From a bacterium (lineage in GTDB: Bacteria > Patescibacteriota > Minisyncoccia > Moranbacterales > DUUL01), in the NCBI GenBank assembly GCA_018675685.1, contig JABGXP010000010.1:1-47426 (forward strand): a stretch of 47,426 bases of DNA. The letters are read 5' to 3'. A program made the translations under genes and the position numbers. How positions within the stretch are numbered: the first letter of the stretch is position 1; every line of letters begins with the position of its first letter. The notes below the pieces were generated by a model, which saw only the letters and a program-made list of their open reading frames with translations, did no database searches and was not told the DNA's origin. Shown piece after piece: positions 9,184 through 18,150 of this stretch.

Positions 9184-10437
9184 ATGTCTAATTTATTTCA
9201 AAATCAATTAAAAAATTTATCAACAAAGCCAGGAGTGTATCTTTTTTATGGTGTAAATAAAACCACAAACAAAGAAGATCTTTTATATATCGGGAAAGCC
9301 ACCGCTCTTAAGAGTCGAGTAAGTTCATATTTCCGAAAGAAAATAAACTATGAAAGGCCAATCGAGTTTGTTATTTCGCAAATAAAAAGGATTGAAGTAA
9401 GGGAAGCAGAATCTGTTTTGGAAGCATACTTCCTTGAACAAGAAATGATTGGAGCGTTGCAGCCAAAATATAATGTGATGGGGAAAGATGATAAATCCTT
9501 TGTGTATGTCGCAGTAACAAAGGAGGATTTTCCACGGTTTGAAATTTACAGAAAAACCGATCTAGAGCAAGGGCTAGTCAAAGATAACTCGCGAATTTTC
9601 GGACCTTTTACAGCAAAGCATTTAATTGAAAGAGCTTTAAAAATCTTGAGAAAAATATTCCCCTATCATGACAGAAAGGAGAAAACAGAAAAAGGATGTT
9701 TGGATTTTCAACTTGGGCTTTGTCCCGGGCCATATGACGGACAAATCTCTAAAAGAGATTATGCAAAAAACATTAAAGCAATTGAACTGATGTTTCTTGG
9801 AAAAAAAAAGGTGCTTATTAGGAAAATTCAAAGAGAGATGGATAACTTTGCTAAAAAAAATGAGTTTGAAAAAGCTGCAAAACTGAGAAATCAACTTTTT
9901 GCACTAAGGCACATTCAAGACATGGCCATGATTAGTGATCGAAATAAACAGAAGCTCCATTCTAGCAAAAGACTAAGAATCGAAGGGTATGACATTTCTA
10001 ATACTGGTAAGAACCAAATTGTAGGATCAATGGTTGTTTTTGATAACCAATTTGGAACCATTGAGGCGAATAAAAAAGAATATCGCAAATTTAAAATTCG
10101 CGGAGAGACAGAACAAAATGACCTTGCAGCAATGAAAGAGCTCTTAGTAAGACGTTTTTCAAATGATTGGGCAATGCCAGACCTCCTTGTCATTGATGGC
10201 GGCAGTGTACACCTAAGATTAGTACGAGATTTACTCGTAGATTTAGAATTATCAGTGCCAATTTTAGCTGTTGCAAAAGGACCAACGAGAAAGAAATTAG
10301 ATATTTTTTCTTATGGAGATATTCCTAAAATAACCAAAAAAACAATAGCAGAAGTAAGAGATGAAGCACATCGCTTTGCAATTAGTTATCACAGAGCGTT
10401 GCGAGGGAAGGCAATGTTGCAAGTAAATAAAAAATAA
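9184..10437 (+). CDS. uvrC: excinuclease ABC subunit C (UvrC), short form lacking the C-terminal (HhH)2 region
   Basis: 417 aa. GIY-YIG region: PGVYLFY..LLYIGKATALKSRVSSYF..YNV. UVR motif: EFEKAAKLRNQLFALRHI. RNase H-like endonuclease region: RIEGYDISN..LLVIDGG..EVRDEAHRFAISYHRALRGK. The ORF ends about 10 codons after that. Confidence 0.88.
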   Translation: MSNLFQNQLKNLSTKPGVYLFYGVNKTTNKEDLLYIGKATALKSRVSSYFRKKINYERPIEFVISQIKRIEVREAESVLEAYFLEQEMIGALQPKYNVMGKDDKSFVYVAVTKEDFPRFEIYRKTDLEQGLVKDNSRIFGPFTAKHLIERALKILRKIFPYHDRKEKTEKGCLDFQLGLCPGPYDGQISKRDYAKNIKAIELMFLGKKKVLIRKIQREMDNFAKKNEFEKAAKLRNQLFALRHIQDMAMISDRNKQKLHSSKRLRIEGYDISNTGKNQIVGSMVVFDNQFGTIEANKKEYRKFKIRGETEQNDLAAMKELLVRRFSNDWAMPDLLVIDGGSVHLRLVRDLLVDLELSVPILAVAKGPTRKKLDIFSYGDIPKITKKTIAEVRDEAHRFAISYHRALRGKAMLQVNKK

Positions 10438-10524
10438 AAAAGTCAGTATTCTATGACAAGAGAGTCTTTACTTATGCTTCTTTTTGTAGTAAACTATATC
10501 CTTAGATAAAAGTAACAACTTCTT

Positions 10525-13362
10525 ATGGGGAAACACAATAAAATAATTATCAAGGAGGCATCTCAGAATAATTTAAAAAAAATTAACATTGAGATTCCAA
10601 AAGATAAGCTAGTAGTAGTTACGGGAGTTTCTGGGAGTGGAAAGAGTTCTTTGGCATTCGACACTCTTTATGCGGAAGGTTATCGCAGATACGTTGAAAA
10701 CCTCTCTTCACACGCGAGATTCTTCCTTCAGTCTGTCAAAAAGCCAAAAACAAAAAGCATCACCAATCTTTCTCCGGCTATTGCGATTGATCAGAAAAGT
10801 GATTTAAATAATCCACGTTCAACTGTAGGTACCATAACAGATATCTATGATTTTTTTAGAGTATTGTTTGCCGAAGCAGGACAACCATTTTGTGCTAAAT
10901 GTGGTGGAAAAATGGAAAAGCAGAACGAAGAAGTCTTGATTAATAAAATTAGAAAAATGCCAAAGGGAACCAGAATTCTTGTTTTGGCAAAATGGAACGG
11001 AGAACAGAAAACGAGCAGAGAGAAAATTAATGCAATTTCATCTCAAGGATTTGCAAGAGTTAGGATTGCAGGTAAGATACACATGGTTTCGCAGATTTCC
11101 ACGACCAATTTTCCTGAAGATGCGGAAGTTCAAGTGGTTATCGACAGGCTGATGCTGTTGCCAAAACGTTTTGATCGAGAGAGAATCGTGGATTCATTAC
11201 AAACAGCTGCAAAAATGTCCAAAGGGACAGCTATCTTACTTGTTGATGGGGAGCAAATCTTTCGATACAGTAAGCAATTTAGATGTTCTACTTGCGACAA
11301 TGTTTTACCAGATCTATCACCAAAGAATTTTTCTTTTAATTCCCCAGAGGGTGCATGCGAACTTTGTACTGGGTTGGGAGTAGTTTTTCGTGCTGATGAA
11401 GAAAAAATAATTCCAAGCAAAACAATTTCAATTAATGAAGGTGCAATTATGCCTTGGAGTAGAAGTGGCGGAAGAGTTAATAAAGAATCTTGCCACAGTT
11501 TGATTTTAAAGGCTTTAGCAAAAAAATATAAATTTAAATTAAATGTTCCAATTGGAAAAATTCCAAAAGAAAAACTAGACAAGATTCTATATGGAACTGG
11601 AGATGAAAAGATTGCAATTCAGGGAAAAAGTATCAAAAAGCAGGAAGTTTTTTTTAAGGGGGTAGCTGCGGAGTTGGAAAATCGCTATATTAACGCAGAG
11701 TCGTCTTTCATTAGGAACGAAGTGGAAAAATACCTAACGAAAGTACAATGTCATCAATGTGAGGGAAAGAGACTAAAGAAAGATTTTCTAGCAATTAAAG
11801 TTTTGGGAAGAACAATTGATGAATATGTAACTTGTGAAATTGAAAGTCTTTTAAAACTTTTAAAAAAGCTCAAAAAAGAAGACTTGGCTGGCATTGAAAA
11901 TCAGTTCCAAGTCAAAATGATAGAGCAAGTTTTTGAAGAAATAATTGCTAGACTAGAACCGTTTGAAGATGTTGGGCTAGGATATCTTAATTTGAATCGT
12001 AGTAACCAAACACTTTCAGGTGGTGAATTTCAACGAGTCAGACTTTCCACACAATTATATAGTGGGTTGTCGGATGTGATATACGTACTTGACGAACCAT
12101 CCATCGGACTGCATCCGCGCGATACAAGAAAGCTGATCAAAACTTTACGAAAACTACAGAAATGTGGTAATTCAGTGGTTGTGGTTGAGCACGACAAAGA
12201 TATTATCCTAGCAGCAGATCACTTGATTGACATTGGGCCTAAAGCTGGAGAAGATGGGGGAGAAGTTGTTTTCGAGGGAACAATTGAGCAACTAAGAAAG
12301 GCTGATACTAAAACAGCGAGGCATCTTTTTGCTAAAAAAGGCAAAGAAAGAAAAGTGGTTTCAAAAAATAGAAAGAGTCATCAGGAACTTGTTATCAAAG
12401 GAGCAAGACACAATAATTTAAAAGATTGTGATGTTTCAATCCCCCTTCTTAACCTCGTTTCAGTCGTTGGTGTTTCTGGTGGAGGTAAGAGCTCCTTAAT
12501 TAATGATATTCTGGCAAAAGCAGTTAGAAAGGAAATTCATGGAAGCGCCGAAGATCCAGGAGAGTTTGACCAACTTATTGGAGTTAATAATATCTCAAAA
12601 GTTGTTATTGTCGACCAGGGTTCAATTGGTAGATCACCACGTTCAAACGCTGCAACATATACAGGAGTCTTTAGCCACATAAGAAAACTTTTTGCACAAA
12701 CTGAGGTTTCTCAGAAGAAAAACTTCACTGCGAGTCATTTTTCTTTTAATATGAGAGGAGGAAGGTGTGAGTATTGTCAGGGAGAGGGGATGAAAAAAAT
12801 AGAGATGCACCTTTTGAATGATGTTTATACTGATTGCCAATACTGTAATGGAACAAGATACAGCAATAAGATGCTCGAAGTTAAGTACCACGGTGCTACA
12901 ATCGTTGACGTCTTGGGTATGAGCGTTGATTATGCCTATCATTTCTTTAGCTCTAACAAAATCATTTCAGGCAAACTAGGGGCACTTAGGAGTGTAGGGC
13001 TTGGATATTTAAAATTAGGACAAAGTGCAACAGAGCTCTCAGGTGGAGAAGCGCAAAGAATTAAATTAGCATCAGAGTTAGCTAGAAAATCTAATGGAAA
13101 CACGCTTTATATTCTCGATGAACCAACAATAGGTTTGCACTTTAGTGACGTTCAAAAATTATTAGCAGTGCTTCAGGGTCTCGTAGACGCTGATAATTCT
13201 GTTTTAGTTGTTGAGCACAACACAGACGTAATTGAAGTAAGCGACTATGTGATTGAGATTGGTCCAGAAGGAGGAGCTGCTGGCGGAAGAATTGTTTTTG
13301 AGGGTACTCCCAAGGAACTCAAAAAAGCAAAAACCCTAACAAGTAAATATATTAATTTATAA
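10525..13362 (+). CDS. UvrA paralogue (UvrA-like ABC ATPase), full length but divergent
   Basis: 945 aa. Walker A motifs are GVSGSGKSS and GVSGGGKSS. Signatures are LSGGEFQRVRLS and LSGGEAQRIKLA. Zinc modules are CAKCGG, CELCTG, CHQCEGKRL and CEYCQGEG..CQYCNGTRY. The position equivalent to VRGRKGE reads LAKWNGEQ. Confidence 0.88.
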   Translation: MGKHNKIIIKEASQNNLKKINIEIPKDKLVVVTGVSGSGKSSLAFDTLYAEGYRRYVENLSSHARFFLQSVKKPKTKSITNLSPAIAIDQKSDLNNPRSTVGTITDIYDFFRVLFAEAGQPFCAKCGGKMEKQNEEVLINKIRKMPKGTRILVLAKWNGEQKTSREKINAISSQGFARVRIAGKIHMVSQISTTNFPEDAEVQVVIDRLMLLPKRFDRERIVDSLQTAAKMSKGTAILLVDGEQIFRYSKQFRCSTCDNVLPDLSPKNFSFNSPEGACELCTGLGVVFRADEEKIIPSKTISINEGAIMPWSRSGGRVNKESCHSLILKALAKKYKFKLNVPIGKIPKEKLDKILYGTGDEKIAIQGKSIKKQEVFFKGVAAELENRYINAESSFIRNEVEKYLTKVQCHQCEGKRLKKDFLAIKVLGRTIDEYVTCEIESLLKLLKKLKKEDLAGIENQFQVKMIEQVFEEIIARLEPFEDVGLGYLNLNRSNQTLSGGEFQRVRLSTQLYSGLSDVIYVLDEPSIGLHPRDTRKLIKTLRKLQKCGNSVVVVEHDKDIILAADHLIDIGPKAGEDGGEVVFEGTIEQLRKADTKTARHLFAKKGKERKVVSKNRKSHQELVIKGARHNNLKDCDVSIPLLNLVSVVGVSGGGKSSLINDILAKAVRKEIHGSAEDPGEFDQLIGVNNISKVVIVDQGSIGRSPRSNAATYTGVFSHIRKLFAQTEVSQKKNFTASHFSFNMRGGRCEYCQGEGMKKIEMHLLNDVYTDCQYCNGTRYSNKMLEVKYHGATIVDVLGMSVDYAYHFFSSNKIISGKLGALRSVGLGYLKLGQSATELSGGEAQRIKLASELARKSNGNTLYILDEPTIGLHFSDVQKLLAVLQGLVDADNSVLVVEHNTDVIEVSDYVIEIGPEGGAAGGRIVFEGTPKELKKAKTLTSKYINL

Positions 13363-13366
13363 AAGA

Positions 13367-14305
13367 ATGAGCAGTCAGTTGAATAAAAACATTATATTCA
13401 CACTTGCATATTTCAGTGCGATGCACTATCCTCTGACACTTTTTGAATTATGGAGAAATTTGCTACAAACAAACAATGGAAGAGAAAAGTATTCATTCCG
13501 TGAAGTCAAAAATGCCATTGTGGATAAAAAAATCTTATCCAAAGTAAAGCAGAAAAATGGAATGCTTTTTTTAAAGGGCGATGAAAAGTTGGTAAAAGAA
13601 AGATCGATAGCACATAAACTTTCGATAACAAAGCTGAAAAGATTGAAAGCATGGGCTAAAATTTTTGGCCTAGTCCCTTATGTGAGAGGAGTTTTTCTCA
13701 CAGGTACATTGTCGATGAAGAATGCAAAATTAAATAGTGATTGGGATGTTTTAATGGTTTTATCCAAAGGGAGGATTTGGCTTGGGAGATTCTTTTTAGC
13801 TATAACTTTGCAGCTTATTGGGAAAAGAAGGCATGGTAAAAAAGTCAAAGAGCGCTTTTGTTTGAACCACTACATAACTGACAATGGCTTAATTTTGGAA
13901 GAGCACAATGAGTTTTCTGCTAACTTTGTATCAACATCAATACCGATTTTAGGTGGAAAAATTTATAAAAAATTTCTTCAAATGAATGAGTTTTGGATTC
14001 AAGGAATAAAAACGAACTACATAAAGGAGGAAATTTCTAAAGATAATGTGGAAAGCTTAGAACGCGTAGGTATAAAGAAAAGAATCCAAGAAGTCACAGA
14101 AAAAATTCTAGAGAAGACAGGAATTGCAAAAACAGCAAATGACTTTGTTAGAAGAGTGATGGTAAAGAAAATAAAACAAAATCCAAAGACATACTGGAAG
14201 AACGCTGATATTAGATATAGTGAAACAGCCCTTATCTTTTTGCCGAAGCCTCACCGTATTACGATACTTGAGAAGACAAAGAGGCGATTAGCAGACTTAA
14301 AGTAA
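13367..14305 (+). CDS. hypothetical protein with Pol-beta-type nucleotidyltransferase-like motif
   Basis: 312 aa. It starts 4 nt after the uvrA-paralogue stop and has no SD. FLTGTLSMKNAKLNSDWDVLMVL fits the minimal NTase pattern hG[GST]x9-13DxD. Confidence 0.45.
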   Translation: MSSQLNKNIIFTLAYFSAMHYPLTLFELWRNLLQTNNGREKYSFREVKNAIVDKKILSKVKQKNGMLFLKGDEKLVKERSIAHKLSITKLKRLKAWAKIFGLVPYVRGVFLTGTLSMKNAKLNSDWDVLMVLSKGRIWLGRFFLAITLQLIGKRRHGKKVKERFCLNHYITDNGLILEEHNEFSANFVSTSIPILGGKIYKKFLQMNEFWIQGIKTNYIKEEISKDNVESLERVGIKKRIQEVTEKILEKTGIAKTANDFVRRVMVKKIKQNPKTYWKNADIRYSETALIFLPKPHRITILEKTKRRLADLK

Positions 14306-14317
14306 GATTAGTTAAAG

Positions 14318-14346
14318 TTGACAAAACGTTTCTATTGGTGTATACT
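14318..14346 (+). promoter_or_regulatory. sigma70-like promoter: TTGACA, 17 nt, TATACT
   Basis: -35 at 14318-14323 within AGTTGACAAAA. -10 at 14341-14346. Confidence 0.5.
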
Positions 14347-14459
14347 GTATTTGTAAGTTAATTACGGGTGATCGGGTGTTGATCTCCTGTTTTTGTTATC
14401 TTGAGACAAAAAAACACAAGAGAGAAACACCATCACAAAAAGTTAAAAGGTTTCAAAAA

Positions 14460-15533
14460 ATGAAACCAAAAATAAAAATGCAAAAAGCTAAAAAACAATT
14501 AAATAGATTCCTTGTAACCACTACTGCTATTTTTGGGATATTTTTTGCATTTAATGCTCAAGCTATTGATTTAAGCGACGAGATCATTGAAAATGTTAAT
14601 ATTGAGCGGCAGAAACAGGGCAAGAGTATTCTCATGAGAAGTAAGGCTCTTGATAAGGCAGCTTTCTTGAAAGCACAAGATATGGTTGGCAATAATTATT
14701 TTGCCCACACGTCTCCCGAGGGGATTGATCCTTGGCATTGGATTGGCCAAGTAGACTACCAATATAAATATGCGGGCGAAAACCTAGCTATGGACTTTAG
14801 AACAGCAGATGCAGTACACAAGGCTTGGATGAAGAGCCCAACACATAAAGAAAACATTGTAGCTGAGAAATATACTGAAATAGGAGTTGCAGTAGTAAAA
14901 GGTATTATTAAGAAGGGTGAAAAAGAGACAAATATCGCAGTTCAGTTTTTTGCGACGCCTTTTGCTGAGGAAAGAATTGCAAAAGAACAACTTGAAAAAG
15001 ACGGTGACAAAGTGAATGAAATCGCTAGCACAAACGGAAATAGAATTGAGATTATAGAAGTCTCTGTTCGTCCTTGGGAGGGAGAAACAGAAGATGAGAT
15101 GCTTATTTATGCCAAAGTGTCAGGCGAGGTTGAAAAAATCACAGCTTTTATTGGAAAAAAAACCCATCAATTAGAAAAACTTCCAGGTGATAAATATATG
15201 AATTTAGTACAATTAGATAAAGAAAATCTAAAGGAAAATAAGATTATTATAAAAGTTGATATTGATAGCGATAAGGCAATCTTTCATCAAATTCCCAAAT
15301 ATCAATATTTAGAATATCTAGAGAACGAAAAGGGGGAAGAAGATGAGAGCACAGCTATTGTGGCTTCAGTTAAAGATGCATCTGATGGTGTCGGAAATAG
15401 ACTTGTGTCTGCGCATAATGTTGTTTTGGCAGGATTTGTTCTTGTATGCTTAGTAATGGTTGCAAATGTTTGGATTTTAGAACAAGAAGAAGCGAAATTA
15501 TTGGAAAAATGCCAGAGCGAGGCAATAAACTAG
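14460..15533 (+). CDS. secreted CAP/SCP (YkwD-like) domain protein with C-terminal TM anchor
   Basis: ATG at 14460 gives a classical signal peptide (MKPKIKMQKAKKQLNRFLVTTTAIFGIFFAFNAQA); GTG at 14376 is an alternative start. CAP motifs are YFAHTSPEG, YAGENLA and HKAWMKSPTHKENI. C-terminal TM segment is VVLAGFVLVCLVMVANVWIL. Confidence 0.75.
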   Translation: MKPKIKMQKAKKQLNRFLVTTTAIFGIFFAFNAQAIDLSDEIIENVNIERQKQGKSILMRSKALDKAAFLKAQDMVGNNYFAHTSPEGIDPWHWIGQVDYQYKYAGENLAMDFRTADAVHKAWMKSPTHKENIVAEKYTEIGVAVVKGIIKKGEKETNIAVQFFATPFAEERIAKEQLEKDGDKVNEIASTNGNRIEIIEVSVRPWEGETEDEMLIYAKVSGEVEKITAFIGKKTHQLEKLPGDKYMNLVQLDKENLKENKIIIKVDIDSDKAIFHQIPKYQYLEYLENEKGEEDESTAIVASVKDASDGVGNRLVSAHNVVLAGFVLVCLVMVANVWILEQEEAKLLEKCQSEAIN

Positions 15534-15883
15534 AGGAAAGTGCTCACAACTAAAAGATTAAGATAAATAATTGTTTAGTAGTGAGATTGATATAAATAAA
15601 AAAATAAAAGCACCTTACAACTAAATAAACCAGCAGGGATTGTCTTTGACACCATTTTGTTTTTCAATACACTTATTTTTTATTTTTTTAAAAATTAAAA
15701 AGTATTATTAGCAGAGTGGGGTTAGAAATGATCCCTCGAATAAAAAACAAACCACAAATTTGTTCCAACTAAAGGGCAGAATTCTCTGCTCTAACCCTAT
15801 TTAGGGCAATCGAAAAAACATCACTTCACTAGAAGGGATGTTTTTATTTACCCTAAGATTAGACAAAGGGAAAGTATTTACTA

Positions 15884-15912
15884 TTGACAAAATAGTTAAA
15901 ATGTGCTAATAT
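15884..15912 (+). promoter_or_regulatory. sigma70-like promoter: TTGACA, 17 nt, TAATAT
   Basis: -35 at 15884-15889 within CTATTGACAAAA. -10 at 15907-15912. It leaves a leader of about 140 nt before the ATG at 16062. Confidence 0.5.
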
Positions 15913-16061
15913 TTATCATTAACCTCAGTTATTAAAAAGGTTGATTTTCAATGGCCAATGTTTTGGTAAGTACGCTATTGAATCTACTTAGAAAGCTATT
16001 TTTTGTCAAAAATGGTTCGTGAGTAGGTCCCGAGAGGGGCATAACAAATTCGAAACAATCA

Positions 16062-16658
16062 ATGCGAAATTTCGCAAAATTAATACTTCCAATGATGTGC
16101 TTAATTGCTTTTCTATCAACTGTAACGGTTTCGGTGGAAGCAATGGGAGATAATATCATCGAAAAGAGAGATAGAACTTTTAATAAGTTAACACAAGGAG
16201 GAATCATTTCTATTGAGACAGAAAAAACTGATAAATCTAAGTTCTCAACTAGTCTTATCGGTTTTAAAACTTTTGGAGAAAAAAAGGAAAAAGCAAAAGA
16301 GACTCGCGTAATGACTAGAAACGATAAAAGGTTAGCACATTACAAACCTAGACTGGATGCATACACACCGCCAGAAGGAGAAATTTCAATCTTAGTGACG
16401 GGATATTCCTCGACACCTGATCAAACATGGGGCGACCCATTTACAACTGCCAGTGGTACAAGAGTTCATTTAGGAACAATGGCTTGTCCACCACAGTACC
16501 CATTTGGAACAAAAATTTCAATTGAAGGAAGAGGAGACTATGTTTGTGAAGATCGTGGGGGTGCGATTAAAGGGAGTCACTTTGATATGTGGTTTGAATC
16601 TAGAGCGGAAGCCTTGCATTGGGGAAAAAGAGTTGTAGCGGCAAAAATTGAAAAATAG
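16062..16658 (+). CDS. secreted 3D-domain (MltA/RlpA-like double-psi beta-barrel) protein
   Basis: 198 aa with a signal peptide (MRNFAKLILPMMCLIAFLSTVTVSVEA). The C-terminal region TASGTRVHLGTMACPPQYPFGTKISIEGRGDYVCEDRGGAIKGSHFDMWF matches the 3D-domain pattern. Confidence 0.75.
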   Translation: MRNFAKLILPMMCLIAFLSTVTVSVEAMGDNIIEKRDRTFNKLTQGGIISIETEKTDKSKFSTSLIGFKTFGEKKEKAKETRVMTRNDKRLAHYKPRLDAYTPPEGEISILVTGYSSTPDQTWGDPFTTASGTRVHLGTMACPPQYPFGTKISIEGRGDYVCEDRGGAIKGSHFDMWFESRAEALHWGKRVVAAKIEK

Positions 16659-16680
16659 ATAGTTTAGAGATAAGAAAAAA

Positions 16681-16705
16681 ACCGAGTGCAAACTCGGTTT
16701 TTTGT
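16681..16705 (+). terminator. intrinsic terminator
   Basis: ACCGAGT gcaa ACTCGGT followed by TTTTTG. Confidence 0.8.
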
Positions 16706-16757
16706 TTGTACTGTGTTATTTTAGAGACAAGGTGCTATAAAAATTGAAAATTGAAAA

Positions 16758-17534
16758 ATGGAAATTCTGAAATTCGATAATTTGTCAAAATTTAACACTG
16801 ATATCATCCATTTTGTTTCGCAAAAAGATGGTTTTGACAAAAACAAAACAGAAAGTTTAAACCTAAGTCTTTTCAATGCTAAAAAACCAGAAGTAGTGAT
16901 AGCTAAAAGGAAGAAACTTGCAAAAAAAGTTGGAGTGTCAATTGAAGAGCTTGTCTTTGCGCAACAAATTCATGGTGACAATGTTTTTATCGCAAAAAAA
17001 GATGACTGTGGCAGTGGAGTGTTCAAGAAGGAATCAGCGATTAGGAATACAGATGCTTTTATCTCAAAGGAAAAGAAAGTCTGCATCGTGATTCTAGTTG
17101 CAGACTGTGTTCCAATTTTGCTTTTCGATAAAGAGAAAAAAGTGATTGCAGCTGTGCATGCTGGCTGGAAAGGAACATTGCAAGAAATTGTTGCAAAAAC
17201 TATCAAAAAAATGAAGAAAGATTTTCATTGCAAGAGCGAAAATATTCTTGCAGGAATGGGACCATCAATCGGCTCATGTCATTTTGAGGTAAAAAAAGAT
17301 GTTTTTGATAAATTCAGAAAAGCTTTTGGCAATTATAATGAAGCTTTAATGCAAGGTAAAAAAAGAATGTTCATTGATCTTTGGGAATTAAATAAACAGC
17401 AGTTATTGCAAGCGGGTCTACTAGAAGAAAAAATTGAAATAATGGAAAAATGTACTGTTTGTGAGGATGATAAATTCTTTTCCGCGAGGAGAGGCCAGAA
17501 GGGGAGGTTTGTTGTGGGGATTGTGTTAAAGTAA
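16758..17534 (+). CDS. pgeF: YfiH/PgeF family (DUF152) purine-nucleoside phosphorylase / peptidoglycan-editing factor
   Basis: 258 aa. The conserved His-Cys-His set is present: QQIHGDNV, VADCVPILLFD, AAVHAGWKGT and GPSIGSCHFEV. Confidence 0.8.
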   Translation: MEILKFDNLSKFNTDIIHFVSQKDGFDKNKTESLNLSLFNAKKPEVVIAKRKKLAKKVGVSIEELVFAQQIHGDNVFIAKKDDCGSGVFKKESAIRNTDAFISKEKKVCIVILVADCVPILLFDKEKKVIAAVHAGWKGTLQEIVAKTIKKMKKDFHCKSENILAGMGPSIGSCHFEVKKDVFDKFRKAFGNYNEALMQGKKRMFIDLWELNKQQLLQAGLLEEKIEIMEKCTVCEDDKFFSARRGQKGRFVVGIVLK

Positions 17535-17607
17535 CAAAAAAGTTAAAGAAGAATAAGGTTTTTGAAAAGCTCCTTTAGTCATTTTTGACCAAAGGAGCTT
17601 TTCTGCT

Positions 17608-18039
17608 TTATCTTTCAGCAGGTTGCTGCAGTTCTTTCGTGATTTCTAAAAAAGTTTTTTTACCAATAGAGCCTTTGACAACAAAATTATTACGCTCAAA
17701 CTCCCTTAGTAGCCACTCCATTCCATGTTTTTTTGTTAAGGAGAATGCTTTAATTGCGATAGCTCTATAGAGCGGTTCATCCAAGGATAAGCCATGTAAA
17801 GCATTAAAGCAAATTCTTAAGGTCACCTCTTTATCAAGCAAAATAGTTATTAAAATAGTCGCTTCAACCTTGGAATTTCTTCGGCCTAATTCCGAGTTGT
17901 ATGCGGTGATAAGTTGTTCCAGCTCCAACCCTGGATAGTTCCACTGTTGTTGATTGCTTCCTAGTAACAAAATGAATTCAAACCACCCTAGCGTTAAAGC
18001 TACATTTTTAATATCCTCTACTGAAACAAGTTGAGCCAT
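17608..18039 (-). CDS. hypothetical protein (143 aa)
   Basis: ORF only. It lies downstream of the tRNA pair and a hairpin. I recognise no motif. Confidence 0.45.
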   Translation of the reverse strand: MAQLVSVEDIKNVALTLGWFEFILLLGSNQQQWNYPGLELEQLITAYNSELGRRNSKVEATILITILLDKEVTLRICFNALHGLSLDEPLYRAIAIKAFSLTKKHGMEWLLREFERNNFVVKGSIGKKTFLEITKELQQPAER

Positions 18040-18120
18040 TCGAGCACCCCCTATTGAATAAAGTTGACTGAAAGTACATTATCTTCTTCAAGTAAACCAT
18101 GAGTAGAAATCTTTGTAAAC

Positions 18121-18145
18121 AAAAAACAGGATAAACCTGTTTTTT
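18121..18145. terminator. bidirectional hairpin terminator
   Basis: AAAAAACAGG ataaa CCTGTTTTTT, with A and T tracts on both sides. Confidence 0.55.
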
Positions 18146-18150
18146 AAGTG

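Noticed and set aside
11130-11582. 150-aa antisense ORF, with similar cases at 29350-29682, 29790-30119, 41304-41711, 42161-42544, 38127-38542 and 45249-45524
   Set aside because: All lie inside, and antisense or out of frame to, strongly conserved genes (uvrA paralogue, comM, rpsB, tsf, pnp, rnj). They have no ribosome-binding sites.
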